Assembly (NCBI RefSeq): GCF_002113885.1
Contig: NW_018480070.1
Coordinates: 248,001 to 312,000, forward strand
DNA: 64,000 bases
Reading direction: 5' to 3'
Origin: Mizuhopecten yessoensis
Taxonomy: Eukaryota
In this document: positions 1-13,343 of the stretch, one piece after another
Numbering within the stretch: the first letter of the stretch is position 1
Layout of the letters: each line of letters starts with the position of its first letter
Made by a program: the position numbers and the translations under genes
Notes under the pieces: generated by a model
Seen by the model: only the letters and a program-made list of their open reading frames with translations
Told to the model about the DNA's origin: nothing
Database searches by the model: none

Positions 1-7
1 ATATAGA

Positions 8-1318
8 AGACAGACATCAGCTAATTTGACAACCACTATTGATAACGACTGCTAATGTGACCACCACTATTGATGACAACATCTGCTAATGTGACCACCA
101 CTACTAATGACAGACACCTGCTAATGTGACCACCGCTATTGATGACAACCCCTACTAATGTGACCATCGTTATTGATGACAGAAACCTGCTAATGTGACA
201 ACCACTTTTGATGTCAGACACCTGCTTATGTGACACCTGCTATTGATGACAGACACCTGCTACTGTGACCACCAATACTGATGACAGACACCTGCTAATG
301 TGACCACAACTATTAGTCACAGACACCTGCGAATGTGCCCATCACTTTTGATGGCAGACACCTACTTATGTGACAACACTATTGGTGACAAACCCCTACT
401 AATGTGATCACAACTATTTGTGACAGAAACCTAGCAATGTGACTACCACTATTGATGACAGACACCTGTTTCTGAGACCACCACTATTGATGACAGACAC
501 CTGTTTCTGAGACCACCTCTATTGATGACAGTCACCTGCTAATTTTCCCACCACAATTGATGGCAGACACCTACTAATGTGCCTACAACTATTGGTGACA
601 AGATACCTACTGATGGCCCACAGCTATTGATGGCAGACACCTACTAATATGCCCACAACTATTGGTGATAGACACCTACTAATGTGACCACAGCTATTGA
701 TGACAGACACCTGCTAATGTGACCACAACTATTGGTGACAGTCACCTGCTAATGTGCCCACCACAATCGATGGCAGACATCTACTAATGTGCCCACAACT
801 ATTGGTGACAGACACCTGCTAATGTGACCACAACTATTGGTGACAGACACCTACTAATGTGACCACCACTTTTGATATGACAGACACCTGCTAATGTGAC
901 CACAACTATTGGTGACAGACACCTGCTAATGTGACCACAACTATTGGTGACAGACACCTAATAATGTGACCACAACTATTGGTGACAGACACCTACTAAT
1001 GTGACCACAACTATTGGTGACAGACACCTACTAATTTGACCACAACTATTTGTGACAGACACCTACTAATGTGACCACAACTATTGGTGACAGACACATA
1101 CTAATGTGACCACAACTATTGATGACAGACACCTACTAATGTGACCACCACTATTGGTGACAGACACCTACTAATATGACCCCAAATATTAGTGACATAC
1201 ACCTACTAATGTGACCACAACTATTGGTGACAGACACCTACTAACGTGACCACCACTTTTGATATGACAGACACCTGCTAATGTAACCATTGTTATGGAT
1301 GACAGACACCTGCTAATA
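8..1318. repeat. 35-bp minisatellite (consensus ~GACAGACACCTGCTAATGTGACCACAACTATTGGT), about 37 copies
   Basis: Period of 35 bp read directly (units start at 241, 276, ...). It lies 3' of the last FAM185A exon found, so it is probably intronic. Confidence 0.95.
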
Positions 1319-1649
1319 TTAATTCAATTACCCAATATTGTTGAAATTGTCTTACAGTTGTGTCTCACTAACACATTTATCATAGTAGTAACACATTCAA
1401 TATCTTAATGATAGGAATCTTCAAAAGTTTAAATAACGCTTGCTGAATATGGCCGTGCTTTGACAATCCAGCAACCTTTATTCCATTTCAAATTAAGTGG
1501 CTTGACTGTTAGACTGCTGGATTGCTCAGACACAATTGTATAGAAAAGGTCAATTGATCTTCAAAACACTAGCCAGATAAACAGACATGGTAATCAATGA
1601 TTGCTTGATTAAGGGTTTCAACTGTACAGCAATTCAATTACAATTAATG

Positions 1650-2050
1650 CATGGGTGTTTCCTGGTTTGAGTGCAATTTATTTCCTGTTTTTGGTGTTAT
1701 TTATAACCTGGTTTGGGTGTTTTTTATTTCCTGGTTTGGGTGTTATTTATAACCTGGTTTGGGTGTTATTTATAACCTGGTTTGGGTGTTATTTATAACC
1801 TAGTTTGGGTGTTTTTTATTTCCTGGTTTGGGTGTTATATATAACCTGGTTTGGGTGTTATTTATAACCTGGTTTGGGTGTTTTTTATTAATAGGTGTGG
1901 GTGTAATTTATTACCTTGTGTGGGTGTAATTTATTACCTGGTGTGGGTGTAATTTATTTCCTGGTGTGGGTGTAATATATTTCCTGGCATGGGTGTAATT
2001 TATTTCCTGGCTTTGGTGGAACTTACTGCTAGTTTTGGATGCATTTTATT
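1650..2050. repeat. 23-bp tandem repeat (AACCTGGTTTGGGTGTTATTTAT)
   Basis: Direct 23-bp periodicity, degenerating toward both ends; abuts the FAM185A exon-5 donor. Confidence 0.9.
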
Positions 2051-2052
2051 AC

Positions 2053-5034
2053 CTGTTTCAGATTTTACTTTTACTTTCTCAGGTCTGGTTATAAATATAT
2101 CAGATGATCCTTTCTGTACCTCAGCATTCAAATTTCCCTCAAAAGAATCTGTAAAAATATAGATACAATTATTACTAAATATCTTATGTCATTTATAAAA
2201 GACAATCATTATATTACCCTTGCAATAAAAGAACAAAATACTGATGTCTTGCTTGCAATTCAATCAAGTTTTAAAACAAAATATAACTTGACTTTAATAT
2301 AGAATTTGTTTGAAATCAAAATATGATACCAACCTATTGTCAAATTTCCTTCAGGAACTATGACATGAGAATCAGCATGACAGTTCGACAGTTTAATGTT
2401 TCCATGGCGACTGGTGAATGATGCCGTACTACTGTACACAGATGAGCAGGTGATGTTGCCATTCTCTGTGCTGCATGTGATTTCAGTCCCCTGAAGTCTA
2501 TCTGTGATAATGTTCTGTAACAGAATTCAAACACTTGTATAACTTATCGTGAACACATGCCACACTCCTTCTCATCCACTGAAGGTAGGTCAAGTTCATT
2601 TATATGAGGAAACTTAGTACCTAATTTCCAAACATAATGACCCTGGGTATTTCAGTTTTCAGCAAGAAGCCTTTAAAATAAATCAGTTGACAGATGGGCC
2701 ATCAACCATACAATAAGATCACAAGCCCTTCCTGTCAGCTAGGTGAGCTTAACACAATGGCTAAGTGTATTAGGTAAAATTTATGGATTTTTATATAAAA
2801 TTTAAAGACAATCCCAAAGTTTATAACCCAACCCCTTGCAATAATATATCATACTTTTAAAAACACGTAGAATAAAAATTTGGGTTGAAGCACCAGGGCA
2901 AAAAAATGATGTTTATCGCCAACAAAATGGAGTAAAGCAGATTCCCCCCCCCCCCCATATGTTGGGTTCTTAAATATTCCAACATCGGGTTACTACCTTC
3001 AAAAAATGACCTACTATGAAAGGAACTCAGCTAAGATAGACATAAATAATACAAAAAAAACAAGAAGCCCATGGGCCTTAACGGTCACCTGAGTCCTACA
3101 GAATTTATTTTTGTTGTTGAAATATGTACCAATTTGAGTACAAAATAGTTAAGTATAACGTTAACTTAAGTTTGTCAGGACCATGAGCTGATCATTCCTA
3201 GACTGAGTTTCAGTTAAATCGGCCTATTAGAACTTGACTTTAAGTTTGGAATAGTTTTTCAAAATGGCGGCCATATTGGATTTCTGATCGACCCAAAAAA
3301 TAACAACATTTGGCCAGGGAGATGTCAGTAACCTTCCCATGAAATATTAATGAAATCCCTTTGCCAGAATTTTAGCTTAAGTTGAAATTGTAAAATGTTA
3401 ACGGACGAGGGCGGACGAAGATGGATAGCAATAGGTCACTTGAGCTAAAGCTCAGGTGACCTAAAATTTCAGCAGCCGTCTATAACCATCTTTGTTTCTT
3501 TACATGTATAAGCATTTGAAACATACTGAATTGCCTTTAGCCTGAAGGTTGAGGTTGCCTTGGAGAAGATTCTGACAGACAAGGTCACCTCCGTTACTTT
3601 CAGCAGAAACAGAACCACTCTGAAAGAAAAATGAAGAATATTTGCTGATTGACCAGAACAAAATTTACCAATCAACAGACTTAACATATATTCTCAATGA
3701 TTCAGTCTGTGTTTAGTCACTTATAAAATTGGAAATTCACACCACATCAGAGGGAAATATTATTGCTTACAGTAGTCACAGGATTGAAAACAGCCATTAT
3801 GTGTGCCTACAGCGAGCAAATGTATAACAAATATGAAAGTGCTCACAGCACTATTCAAGAACAGGACACTAAAACTTGGGAAATGAAAATACCTACATAA
3901 GTATGCAATCAGCACTGAAGATTTTAAAGTCTTGTGGTATGTAAAAAATGGAAGTGAGAAGGATTTGCAATATTTTTCGTCTGTATTCATATTTTAAGAT
4001 ATTATTTTCAAAATGACAAATCATTTTACAGAACGTCAAAACAAATAGAATCAGAAATAGCAAGAGGTCATTGATGTCTTGTCTTTTCCCCTTAATGAAT
4101 AGGAATAATACCTTGGTACTAATAAAGGTACACGACTTAGCCTTCACACTAATACTGTCACTCTCCATTCCTTGTATAACAGTAGTACCCTCACTGCATG
4201 TCACATCCAAATCTGAAATAGAGAAATACATGTACATTACAACATTAGCCTAATTTTCGAGAAATTGTTAAATAAAACTAACAATAGATTATTTCTTTTT
4301 TTCTCCTCTAACAGTTTCCGTCATTTTGACAGTCTAGGGGGAGACAATTCAACATGAAAACTGACTGTTTTCTTTTACTTGAATAATGTTTCCTTTGACT
4401 TGAATAATTCATGTTGCAATATAAACAACTGTTTGACGAGCACTTGGTTAATGATTCTCGACATTTGCTATTAATCTGATTGATGGTTATTTTTTTTGCT
4501 TCCTTTTTTTAAAAATTATTTTAAGCATTTTATGGTTGGATTCTTACCAAATTTAAGTGGTATTTCACAACGACACTCAATTGGGAGCCTCGCTGCCTTG
4601 AATCTTCCATCTACAATGATTTCTTCTGGACGCATACTGTTGTGAGTGTCAAATTTTATTTCGTACATTTTAACTAAACCAGATAAAAATTCGTGTAAAT
4701 CGTCACCTGATGGAATTTCAGGGGCAGTATAAAACAACCTTATAATCACAGTGTTCATGTCAGGATACAGCTGGGGATTTAGACTAGATACGTGGGTATC
4801 AAACGGGAGATTCATTTTCAGTTTTCCAAAGTGTTCCACTCCACAGCTCCACTGCTCCAGTAATCTATTTGACATATCAACTTCAGTCTCCCCATTTCCA
4901 ATGGTATGGACACGCTTGTTGAAAACTTCTGATTTTAACACGGGTTTATTGTTGGTTTTCGGAAATACTGCCGTTGTTGAGAGTCTAACGAATGTACCGA
5001 GAAACCGAGCAGTTTTTCTTGCACACAGACTCAT
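2053..5034 (-). CDS. FAM185A: Protein FAM185A homologue (DUF4097/adhesin-like repeats), 3'-partial; exons complement(4548..5034, 4112..4212, 3527..3619, 2334..2514, 2053..2148)
   Basis: Five exons with GT/AG boundaries and compatible phases (1,0,0,1,1) splice into one frame: ...LLEQWSCGVEHFGKLKMNLPFDTHVSSLNPQLYPDMNTV...CEIPLKF/DLDVTCSEGTTVIQGMESDS.../SGSVSAESNGGDLVCQNLLQGNLNLQAKGNS/NIITDRLQGTEITCSTENGNI.../DSFEGNLNAEVQKGSSDIFI. This is collinear with human FAM185A as recalled (TLKEWTLQVSPFGRLRARLP...LDPLTYPD...APLKFGLDI...IDKLQGSSVTVSTEDG...). The basic, acid-free N-terminus resembles a mitochondrial presequence. Terminal exons were not found in the window. Confidence 0.9.
3059..3466 (+). mobile_element. 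Non-autonomous Helentron/HINE-like element in FAM185A intron 3
   Basis: 5' AACAAGAAGCCCATGGGCC...GGTCACCTGAG, a GACG-rich stretch, and a 3' hairpin AGGTCACTTGAGCT-AA-AGCTCAGGTGACCT-AAAA. Same terminal structure as the elements at 28.5 and 40.8 kb. Confidence 0.7.
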
Positions 5035-5107
5035 TGTTTACAAGCTCTTTAAGCAGCTTGACAATTTATGTATCAGTTGACAGCCGCTTCCACACATGTG
5101 CAAAAGA

Positions 5108-5115
5108 CCGGAAGT
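5108..5115. promoter_or_regulatory. ETS/GABP-type site CCGGAAGT about 75 bp upstream of the FAM185A ATG
   Basis: Perfect consensus immediately 5' of a probable housekeeping gene; function is inferred. Confidence 0.45.
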
Positions 5116-6156
5116 TTACAATGACGGCTACCGGTGTCGGGTCAAATTCATGTACGCTCTAATATTTAAATACCCCTGTTGAAACGATCCAGGTGATTTA
5201 TATAATTATTCCATCGAAAACACTTTGACTTGAATTGTACCAACCTAATATAAACTGCTTTAAATCTACAATGACTGAGCTTTATATAAAGTTTATTCAC
5301 TAAACAAATTGAACATTTAAAAAGGAGAGTCAAAATTTCTTTAGAGACACCACGATTGAAATTGCATGCGTATTATCTATTTGCACCGTATTAGAACAAA
5401 TCATTATATTTACATGACATTCCTTTCTAAAAAAAAATTAAATGACGTTTTTTCCAAGCCGTATTTAAAAAAAAAAATCCAATTAAATATAATCAAATTC
5501 TGCTTCTGGTTTTGCTATCTCAGAGAAGAGTTATAGCCTTAATATTACTACATCATCACCAAAATTCCAGGGCAACACTCACTTTCTTTGATGTACATTA
5601 ACCCGGCAGCGTATTTTTAAAATTGACCGGCTTTGAAGTTAGGTGTTGCTCCTCTGTATTCTATAAAGGACATGTTTCAGCCTAGTGATTGGTCAGTTTT
5701 GTTCATCTGAAACCAACCAAGTAGCTTTGCCACGTGCATTGACGTTTGCAAGGGTGCAAAGAACGTAAGTGGGCGTAACCACTCGAATTTCAATCGAAGA
5801 TGAAATGTATCAACAGGGTCTGTTTCATATGCATCATATTATTCTGCAGAGAAATATTTCTGAAGGTCGAATGGTTTTCGGTGAGATCCGTGATTCCCAA
5901 ATTTTGAGCTATTGATGATGTTCTTTAAAGACCTTCCATTGGGACTTTTTTGTTTGGTTTTGAAGAAAAACATTTGTGTCATAACCAGTTATGAAATGGT
6001 AACATATTTGTTCGATAAAACCTTTTGGTAGATTGTTGTAAAATCGCGTCAAAATGTGTAAATGTGTCCGTATCTTGGAGGTACATGTACCTATAACTGT
6101 ATAGTGGCCGGGGATTCCAAGAAGAAGTTGACGTTGTGACGTACAGACAACCACAA

Positions 6157-6394
6157 GGGTCCAGTTGTTCAAAAGGTGATCAGCTTAATCAGTGATTAGC
6201 GCAAATTTTGATTTTTGTGTATCTTTAAGACAAAACCAGAGTTAGACACAACTTTCCAGATATCAAATATTTAGCAGAATAAATTTACATGCACAATTGC
6301 GAGATTTTACCTTGTATATCGACAAAATTATTAAAGGTTGAAAAAATGTCGTTAAACTGTTATTAAGCTAACCACCTTTTGAACAACTGAACCC
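6157..6394. mobile_element. MITE with ~33-bp TIRs (PIF/Harbinger-like)
   Basis: GGGTCCAGTTGTTCAAAAGGTGATCAGCTTAAT ... ATTAAGCTAACCACCTTTTGAACAACTGAACCC; a related right end occurs near 55730-55762. Confidence 0.75.
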
Positions 6395-6904
6395 AGGTTG
6401 ACTAAACTGAGAGCTGACGCGATGTTTAATTCTGTGCACAACCAGTTTTATACAGCTAATGCGTGTTATCAAAGAAACATTAGCTTCTTGCGCTTTTTGT
6501 TTCCTTCTTCCTACGTTTTCATTGTGAACGCCTCAATGTGTTTCTTGTACCGCCAAGAAACTGCATGATATACCCATTGATGGGCATTTCAACAACCTAC
6601 CAAGAAACTCAACTACAAATCAGTTATGCAATTTCATGCATTAAATATGGCCTTGAAAGTACTTTAATTCCTACATTGACGATCTACACGGAAAGTTTCT
6701 AAAGAGGGAGTCAGTGAACTCATAGAGGGAACATGTCGTCCGTAGAAGCGCAAATTAGCAGAGTACATGATGTACACAAAACAGACACTAGCTGTTGATG
6801 GTTTGGAAACAGAAGTGAAGTCCCCGACGAGTTATTTTATCCGCTCCCATTAAAGCATGTGGACTATTAAGCAATAGTTTGGAGAAATGGTCACTCTGCC
6901 AGGC

Positions 6905-7098
6905 CTGGCCCAGTTTCATTAATATTCCTTAACTTAAGGAAACTTTTTAACTTAATTTTTTCCATAGGAACGCATTACAGAATTTAAGGAAAATTCCTTA
7001 ACTAAGAATTTTTCCTTAAATCCAATAATGCTTTCCTATATAAAGTTAAAGTTAAGGAATTTCGTTAAGTTAAGGAACGTTGAAGAAATTGGGGCCAG
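6905..7098. mobile_element. MITE with long TIRs (PIF/Harbinger-like)
   Basis: CTGGCCCAGTTTCATTAATATTCCTTAACTTAA ... TTAAGTTAAGGAACGTTGAAGAAATTGGGGCCAG, with internal TTAAGGAA sub-repeats. Confidence 0.75.
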
Positions 7099-7967
7099 CA
7101 GATAGTAGATTCCTTCGTCCGCACATTGTGATTCAAGACTAGAGGCCACATGATGTCACATTGAGTCAAATCCTCAAAATATGTTGTCTGGAAACGATTT
7201 TGTGTGCATACCAGATAGTAAACAGGAGGATTGGTTGCAAATACTGCAAATCCCATATACATAGCAATGTGTGCATGTTGGCAACACAATTGATGATCAA
7301 ACTCCTAAAATGAATATTATTTAGTCAAACAAACAGGTTTTTGCCAGGCTGAAGAATTTTGCATTAACATTTTGCCCTTAATTAATGTTTAACATCAAGA
7401 AATATTTTTTGGAATAACCTTATCTTTGATCATTGATACATGGAATGCACGGGAATTCGTTTGCAATTAGCTAATTTGCACAATAAACCATATGATTTAT
7501 CACTGATATAATTGCTTGATATGTATACACGATTGTAATGTCTGATTGCCTAGTTATATAGTAATTGGACAATTCGGTGATGGCGGGCATCAATTTGCAT
7601 ACCTATGATATTATTTCCTATCAACTACTAAAGAGATGTCCTGATTATTTTCACTGACCACCAGAATATAGTCATAGACTCTTTGTTATGTCTGCTTTCT
7701 TGGTTACATAGACATTGTAGGAGATGGAGTTTTGCACTATTGATCATCAATTTGCATGATATGCTTTTACCACTTACAGCGTACATATGTAGATGAAGTT
7801 CTCTCCAATGTGGCGGATTGTGTGACCCACCTTCGCACGGAAGCACAAATCAAACAAGAGATACAGTACATTAAGAGATCTTTATTGCGACTAGCGTCCA
7901 GCGCGTTTTACAAAGGCTGGTTTAAATATAACCTTTATCTTTTTTACAACAATTATGAAAGTTGAAG

Positions 7968-8148
7968 TTATTTCAACTTATATAAATCAATATTATTGGC
8001 CCGGATATTAGCGCGCTGACGGAGTACCCGGAGAAAACCCATGCCATCGGGCTGGTGAACCCCATACCTTTTAACGTCCGATTGGGGAATCGAACCCCGG
8101 TCGCCTTGGTGAAAGGCGAGTGCGTTAAACACTGCACCACCTGACCAG
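7968..8148 (-). mobile_element. tRNA-derived SINE (V-domain type)
   Basis: Minus strand shows A-box-like GGTGGTGCAGTGTTTAA, B-box GGTTCGATTCC, then GGGTTTTCTCCGGGTACTCCG. Confidence 0.75.
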
Positions 8149-8805
8149 ACTGGTTTAAATAGCCTGTTTAAAGGTATGCTATTTTCGATTCGACAAAAGG
8201 GAAACTTTCGAGTTTGACTTGAACTGAACAAAATATAGTTGCATGAAAAACTAAATGTGTTTGACAACATCTAGAAATAACCTAAATTGATAAAACCAGT
8301 CGGCATATGTGTGTGTTTAAAAAAATGATGGTTCTTACATATTTGCACAATTTTGGATTAATTTGCTTTTCGTTCTTATCAGTTATTTAAATGGGTACCT
8401 TTCTAATTTTGATTTTTTTGAACACTTTTGCACTTTCATCACGCACACATACTGTAATTGTGTAAGAGTAATCTCCCATGGATAACTTTGAGATGGTCGG
8501 GTACGTAGTAGTTTTATTTCACCACTCCCTTCGTTGCTAAGTCATGTGACTTTCTTTATTTTCAATTATAAAAATAATAAATATTTTATAACATGAAACC
8601 GCTGGGCTTGTTCTAATAATTTTGCTTCAGTTTAGATATATGAAATATATTTTGTTGCATATGCCGTTCATTATTACGACAATATTATGAGATACGTTTC
8701 GACACTATGACCTACACGCTTGTAATGATGGCACGTTCAGATGTTCGTTACTTGTAAATTGTTTGACTATGAAGCATGATGCATACAATACCTTTTGATA
8801 TATCG

Positions 8806-8821
8806 ATCAATCAACCAACCA

Positions 8822-8854
<33 letters not shown>
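8806..8854. repeat. (ATCA)n microsatellite
   Basis: Direct tetranucleotide repeat. Confidence 0.9.
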
Positions 8855-8857
<3 letters not shown>

Positions 8858-11800
8858 ACTTTACATTCACATGTAAAATGAAATATAAAGAAACTGTCGA
8901 CTTATGAAACGTTTTTACAACACGCTTTACAGGATTGTGAATCACATGTCAAAGATATATATTCTTTAAACAAAATATTCTATATACCACATACAAATAC
9001 AATAAAATTCTATTATTAAAATAATGCCCCAAAGATGTCGATTTACATGACATTATGATTATTAGGCAACACATATCACGTTAAATACATTTAAAAGAAC
9101 AAATTCATGGAAAAGCGGCGATGCTTTACCCCAACAAATAACTTGTAATAAGCAATAAATAGAGATGAGGTGTCTGCAATAAATACCCCACCCCCACCCC
9201 CCTGCGTATAGAGTTCTGATATGATAGATGAAATACTATAAGTATTCATGTGTAATATATTTATATAATTTGTTGCAGTTAAATAAAAAACAAAATTCCA
9301 TCCGCTCTAAAAACTTCTTTCAAACATTCGATTAACAAAGTTTCCCTTTCCGCGAAATTAAATCTAAATTTTCTTTTACTTTCCCAGACACTGTTTATTG
9401 AACACTAACGTGTGTAGCACACGTCCTTATACCGTACACACATACCCTTTTTACTACAGTTACTTAAAAGCATTAACGCCTCGATGAACACCTTTAATTT
9501 AGTAAACAACGTTTTGTCGCTATGATCGAGTGATGGTATGTTTTAAGTCCTTGTTGATTTAAAAATTGTACAACTCAATATACCATACTTAATGGTCCGT
9601 ATTAGACTAATATAATTTGTGTCCTGACATGACTTGCTCCCTTGAAGCGTCCTTAGAGACTATCTTATTATCATCTTCATACAGTGCTTTGGTCTGACTT
9701 CAACTCAATTCTTATGCACTCTTCATAACTGGATATCATCACTCATCTGTAGCCGACAGGCAAATGCTGCGGAATTGATGAGGGTTATTAAAAGGATTTA
9801 TGCAGTTGTTGATTCTGTAAAAACTCACAAAACAATCCGTGCATACAGGGACGAAATTGGTGAACGATTTGTGTCATTAAACGTAATAAATCAACAGAAC
9901 AAAGGAAAGATATTAATATTGAAATAAAAAAGAAAGGCAGAATGAAACTTATAAAAAATACTATACTTATTGTCACAAGTTTTAAGACACAGAAAACAGT
10001 TAAAAGTCAAGAATGAAATGGAATTTTTTCAATATCTTTTACTCTTGCCTGCAAAACCTACTTTTATAAAAAGGGATATAAAGAGGAAAGAGGAAAAAAT
10101 GAATTATAAATATCTTCTGTTCTTATTAGCAGACACTATCTTCACGAGAGAATAACAAAAGAAAAACGTCTAAAAGGAGAAAGAATATTACAAACATCTA
10201 TACTCTTTTCATACGAGACAGAATAATCCGAAAAGTTTAAAAGGAGAAAGAGACATTTACATATACATAGATATCCTCAACTTCGAAACGGATTGTTTGG
10301 CTTAATGATAATAAATGAAGTTTAAATGTAATCTGTTTTAATAGCGTTTAATGTCTCCGAATGAAAATTATAAATAATCTCTAAACAATGAACATGTTAT
10401 TAATATATTGATAGTTAGAAGATAATGACCTCTTCAATTGAGAAGACTTGTTAAACTGTGGCCCCCTATTCTGTGTGGTAGATATCTCTGACTCTGCCAA
10501 CGGACTTGATAACCATCCTTTCGCTAACAACTATACAAGAATGACAACTCTTCAACAAGAGTATACATGTCGGCGACATCTTGACCCGGTACAACCTAGG
10601 CCTTCTACCACTTTCATGGGAACACCATATTGAACCGAACCAAATTATACAAAGCTACATTTAAAGGGCTTTGTATTATCAAAAACCCTCATGACTAAGA
10701 TGATATATGTGTGTTATATGATCTCCTTTCATATCTAAACTTGTGGTCCCTTTACTCGCCTACTCAAGGTTTTATTTTTATTTAAAGGAATGTGAACAAT
10801 ATACAAAGTCTCATGTTACATGATCACTGAAATATATCAAATTAGATTCAAGTATAAATAGTTAATAATCCTGTTAGTTAGCAAGAATTTAGAAATAAAT
10901 TTGACTTTACGTACAGCACATGCTTTAAAAAAATCAGTTTATCATACTAATCTTGTTTGAATTCCTAGATTGGCTCTATTACCACATTATTTAGTTGATA
11001 GATTTGACCCAGAACACACCATATGTTATCCTGTATACCCCGGGGTTACGCTTAGTTACGCTCTCTGCACTACTGGAATATGACATAGGCTCAGTGTGCA
11101 CCACCTTGTGTACGAGGCAATAACACCAGTTTGGTCCATTTTACATGGTGTAATACTCCATAAAGTAATGCAAATTTTCTCCAATCGAGTTCGAAATAAG
11201 AAACCATTCAGAGTAGGCTCTTAATTTGGTAATTTTCGTGATCGATTTACTACCATTGTAATAACATTTGGTTACATGTCTTCTATATTTAGTATAAAAC
11301 GTTAAAAAAGAAGACTTTTAACACGTGTTTGCAAACCATTCATTATTCAAATCGTTATAATTGGTGGAGTTTCATCGTTTAAGTCATTTTAACCTTATAA
11401 CTGTTTTTGTACTTAATTGTTGTAATCGTTGTACACAGCTCAATATCAAATTATTATTTTCATCTATAATTCTGTAAGGAACTGCACGTGGATAACATTG
11501 CTGTGTTGTAGAAAACTACATTATACATAACTCCATACGATTATTGTTTGTTTAATTTTATACTTCAATAATGATGTGAAGAAAGAACATATACATAGCA
11601 CCAGATTGTTATTAGTTGTCGATTTTATACCTGATAAAAATCACCATACATATATATACTAATATTGTTATTGTCGACTTTTCACATGGAGAATGACGGT
11701 TAGAATCGTTACCGACATAGCACATTTGTTATCTGATAAATGATTGTCACCATATTAATAGTATGCATATTTATTCTGAGATAACATCACCTGTTACACC

Positions 11801-13235
11801 CATGGCTTTTTAAATAAATATATACGTAGGTGTTATATTATTTGTATTGGATAAATAAATTTAAACTAATAAAGGCGATCAGCCTAATTGGGTGTTTTTT
11901 TCAATTGAGACGAATTTGATACCGATACCTATTTTATCCTAACTACCATGTACATTTTAAATGTATCTTCGTTCACAATGTTCGGTAATGAAATGTATGT
12001 TATGATAAACAAGACGTATATGTACTGTTTATTGATGTGCCCGTGCTAATAAGCACAATATTCGAGCCTGTTAATTATTTTGGTAGTTAATTTCACACTT
12101 TTAAATTTTACACTTCAGGGTTTTGATGAAACCTGACGCATCACGCACGTAATACACATACCTTGGTCAGATAAACATTAAACAGCTTGGGGATATGTCA
12201 ATCCTTATTAACTTACACACGCTGGAATGGCAGCGACTCCTGAAAGACGGTTATTCAGTCTATCGTAGTTAAAAAACATTTCTGAGTTAATTACACGTTC
12301 CAGATTTAATAGACCCAGGTGCGGTGTTAACGGAGACGATCAATAGGCTTCCATCCTAACATATCGTTGTTTTCCGGAAGCCATAGTGAGCCAGATCAAA
12401 AATTAATATACATGTAATATTAATACTATATCCCGCAATATTTGAACAAGCAAAGTATATCTTTCATCGCTACGTTATGCCTTATGCTTGCATTTAATTG
12501 TGAATATCAACTAGCTGTGTGACGTACGTTATCTACCAAATAAAAACGAGACACCTATGCTATTTTTCGATTCTTGAAATCAGCATATTAGTAAAATATA
12601 TTTGTTATATAGCTTGTATGGTCTGCTGCGCGATAGTCCAAGAAGATAGATAAATAACTGCAGTCAAAGATTTCGAACTGCTTTTTGATCAATAATTACT
12701 CAAAATGGTGGCTGTCACAAATGTGAAATACAAAACGATGTGTGACATACACAGTAGGCAAATTTGAACTCAAATGTCCGTACAACAAAAGCTATTGCGG
12801 GAAATGAGGAGGCATAAGGACGAAATCATATCATTCACCAGAAAAGCCGTATAAAAATCAACCTATACACATTATTATATTGATCAGACTCTGACAAGGA
12901 CACAAATTCCAACCTGATGATTATTTGATACATAGCTATATCCACTCGTATTATGTCAGCATCCTTTGGTATCTGTGTCATATCACTTTTCATACCGTTA
13001 TATACTGTATTAGACATCTATAAGGCGCTATCGTTATCTTGCCATTTCATGTTTATCATTATTCCAGTTACATCAACACATATCTGTTATTTATTATTTG
13101 TTTCATGTTTGACCTAATTGAATTGATCAAGACGTCAATCAAATTAACAAACTAACATTTATCAATCAAACATTTAACTTATTCAAACGATCAATTAATC
13201 AATAATCAATCGATCGATAATCAACCAATGAATGA

Positions 13236-13259
13236 TGAATCAATCAATCAGTCAGTAAG

Positions 13260-13330
<71 letters not shown>

Positions 13331-13343
13331 ATCGATCGATCAA
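13236..13343. repeat. (ATCA)n/(ATCG)n microsatellite
   Basis: Direct tetranucleotide repeat. Confidence 0.95.

Noticed and set aside
1330-1640. Next FAM185A exon between the two repeats
   Set aside because: The candidate acceptor tested (near 1621) hits a stop after ~17 codons with no similarity to the expected C-terminus.
7968-8148. tRNA genes at the A/B-box sequences (also 40.3, 45.9 and 56.0 kb)
   Set aside because: No complete cloverleaf; the heads run into SINE body and tail sequence.
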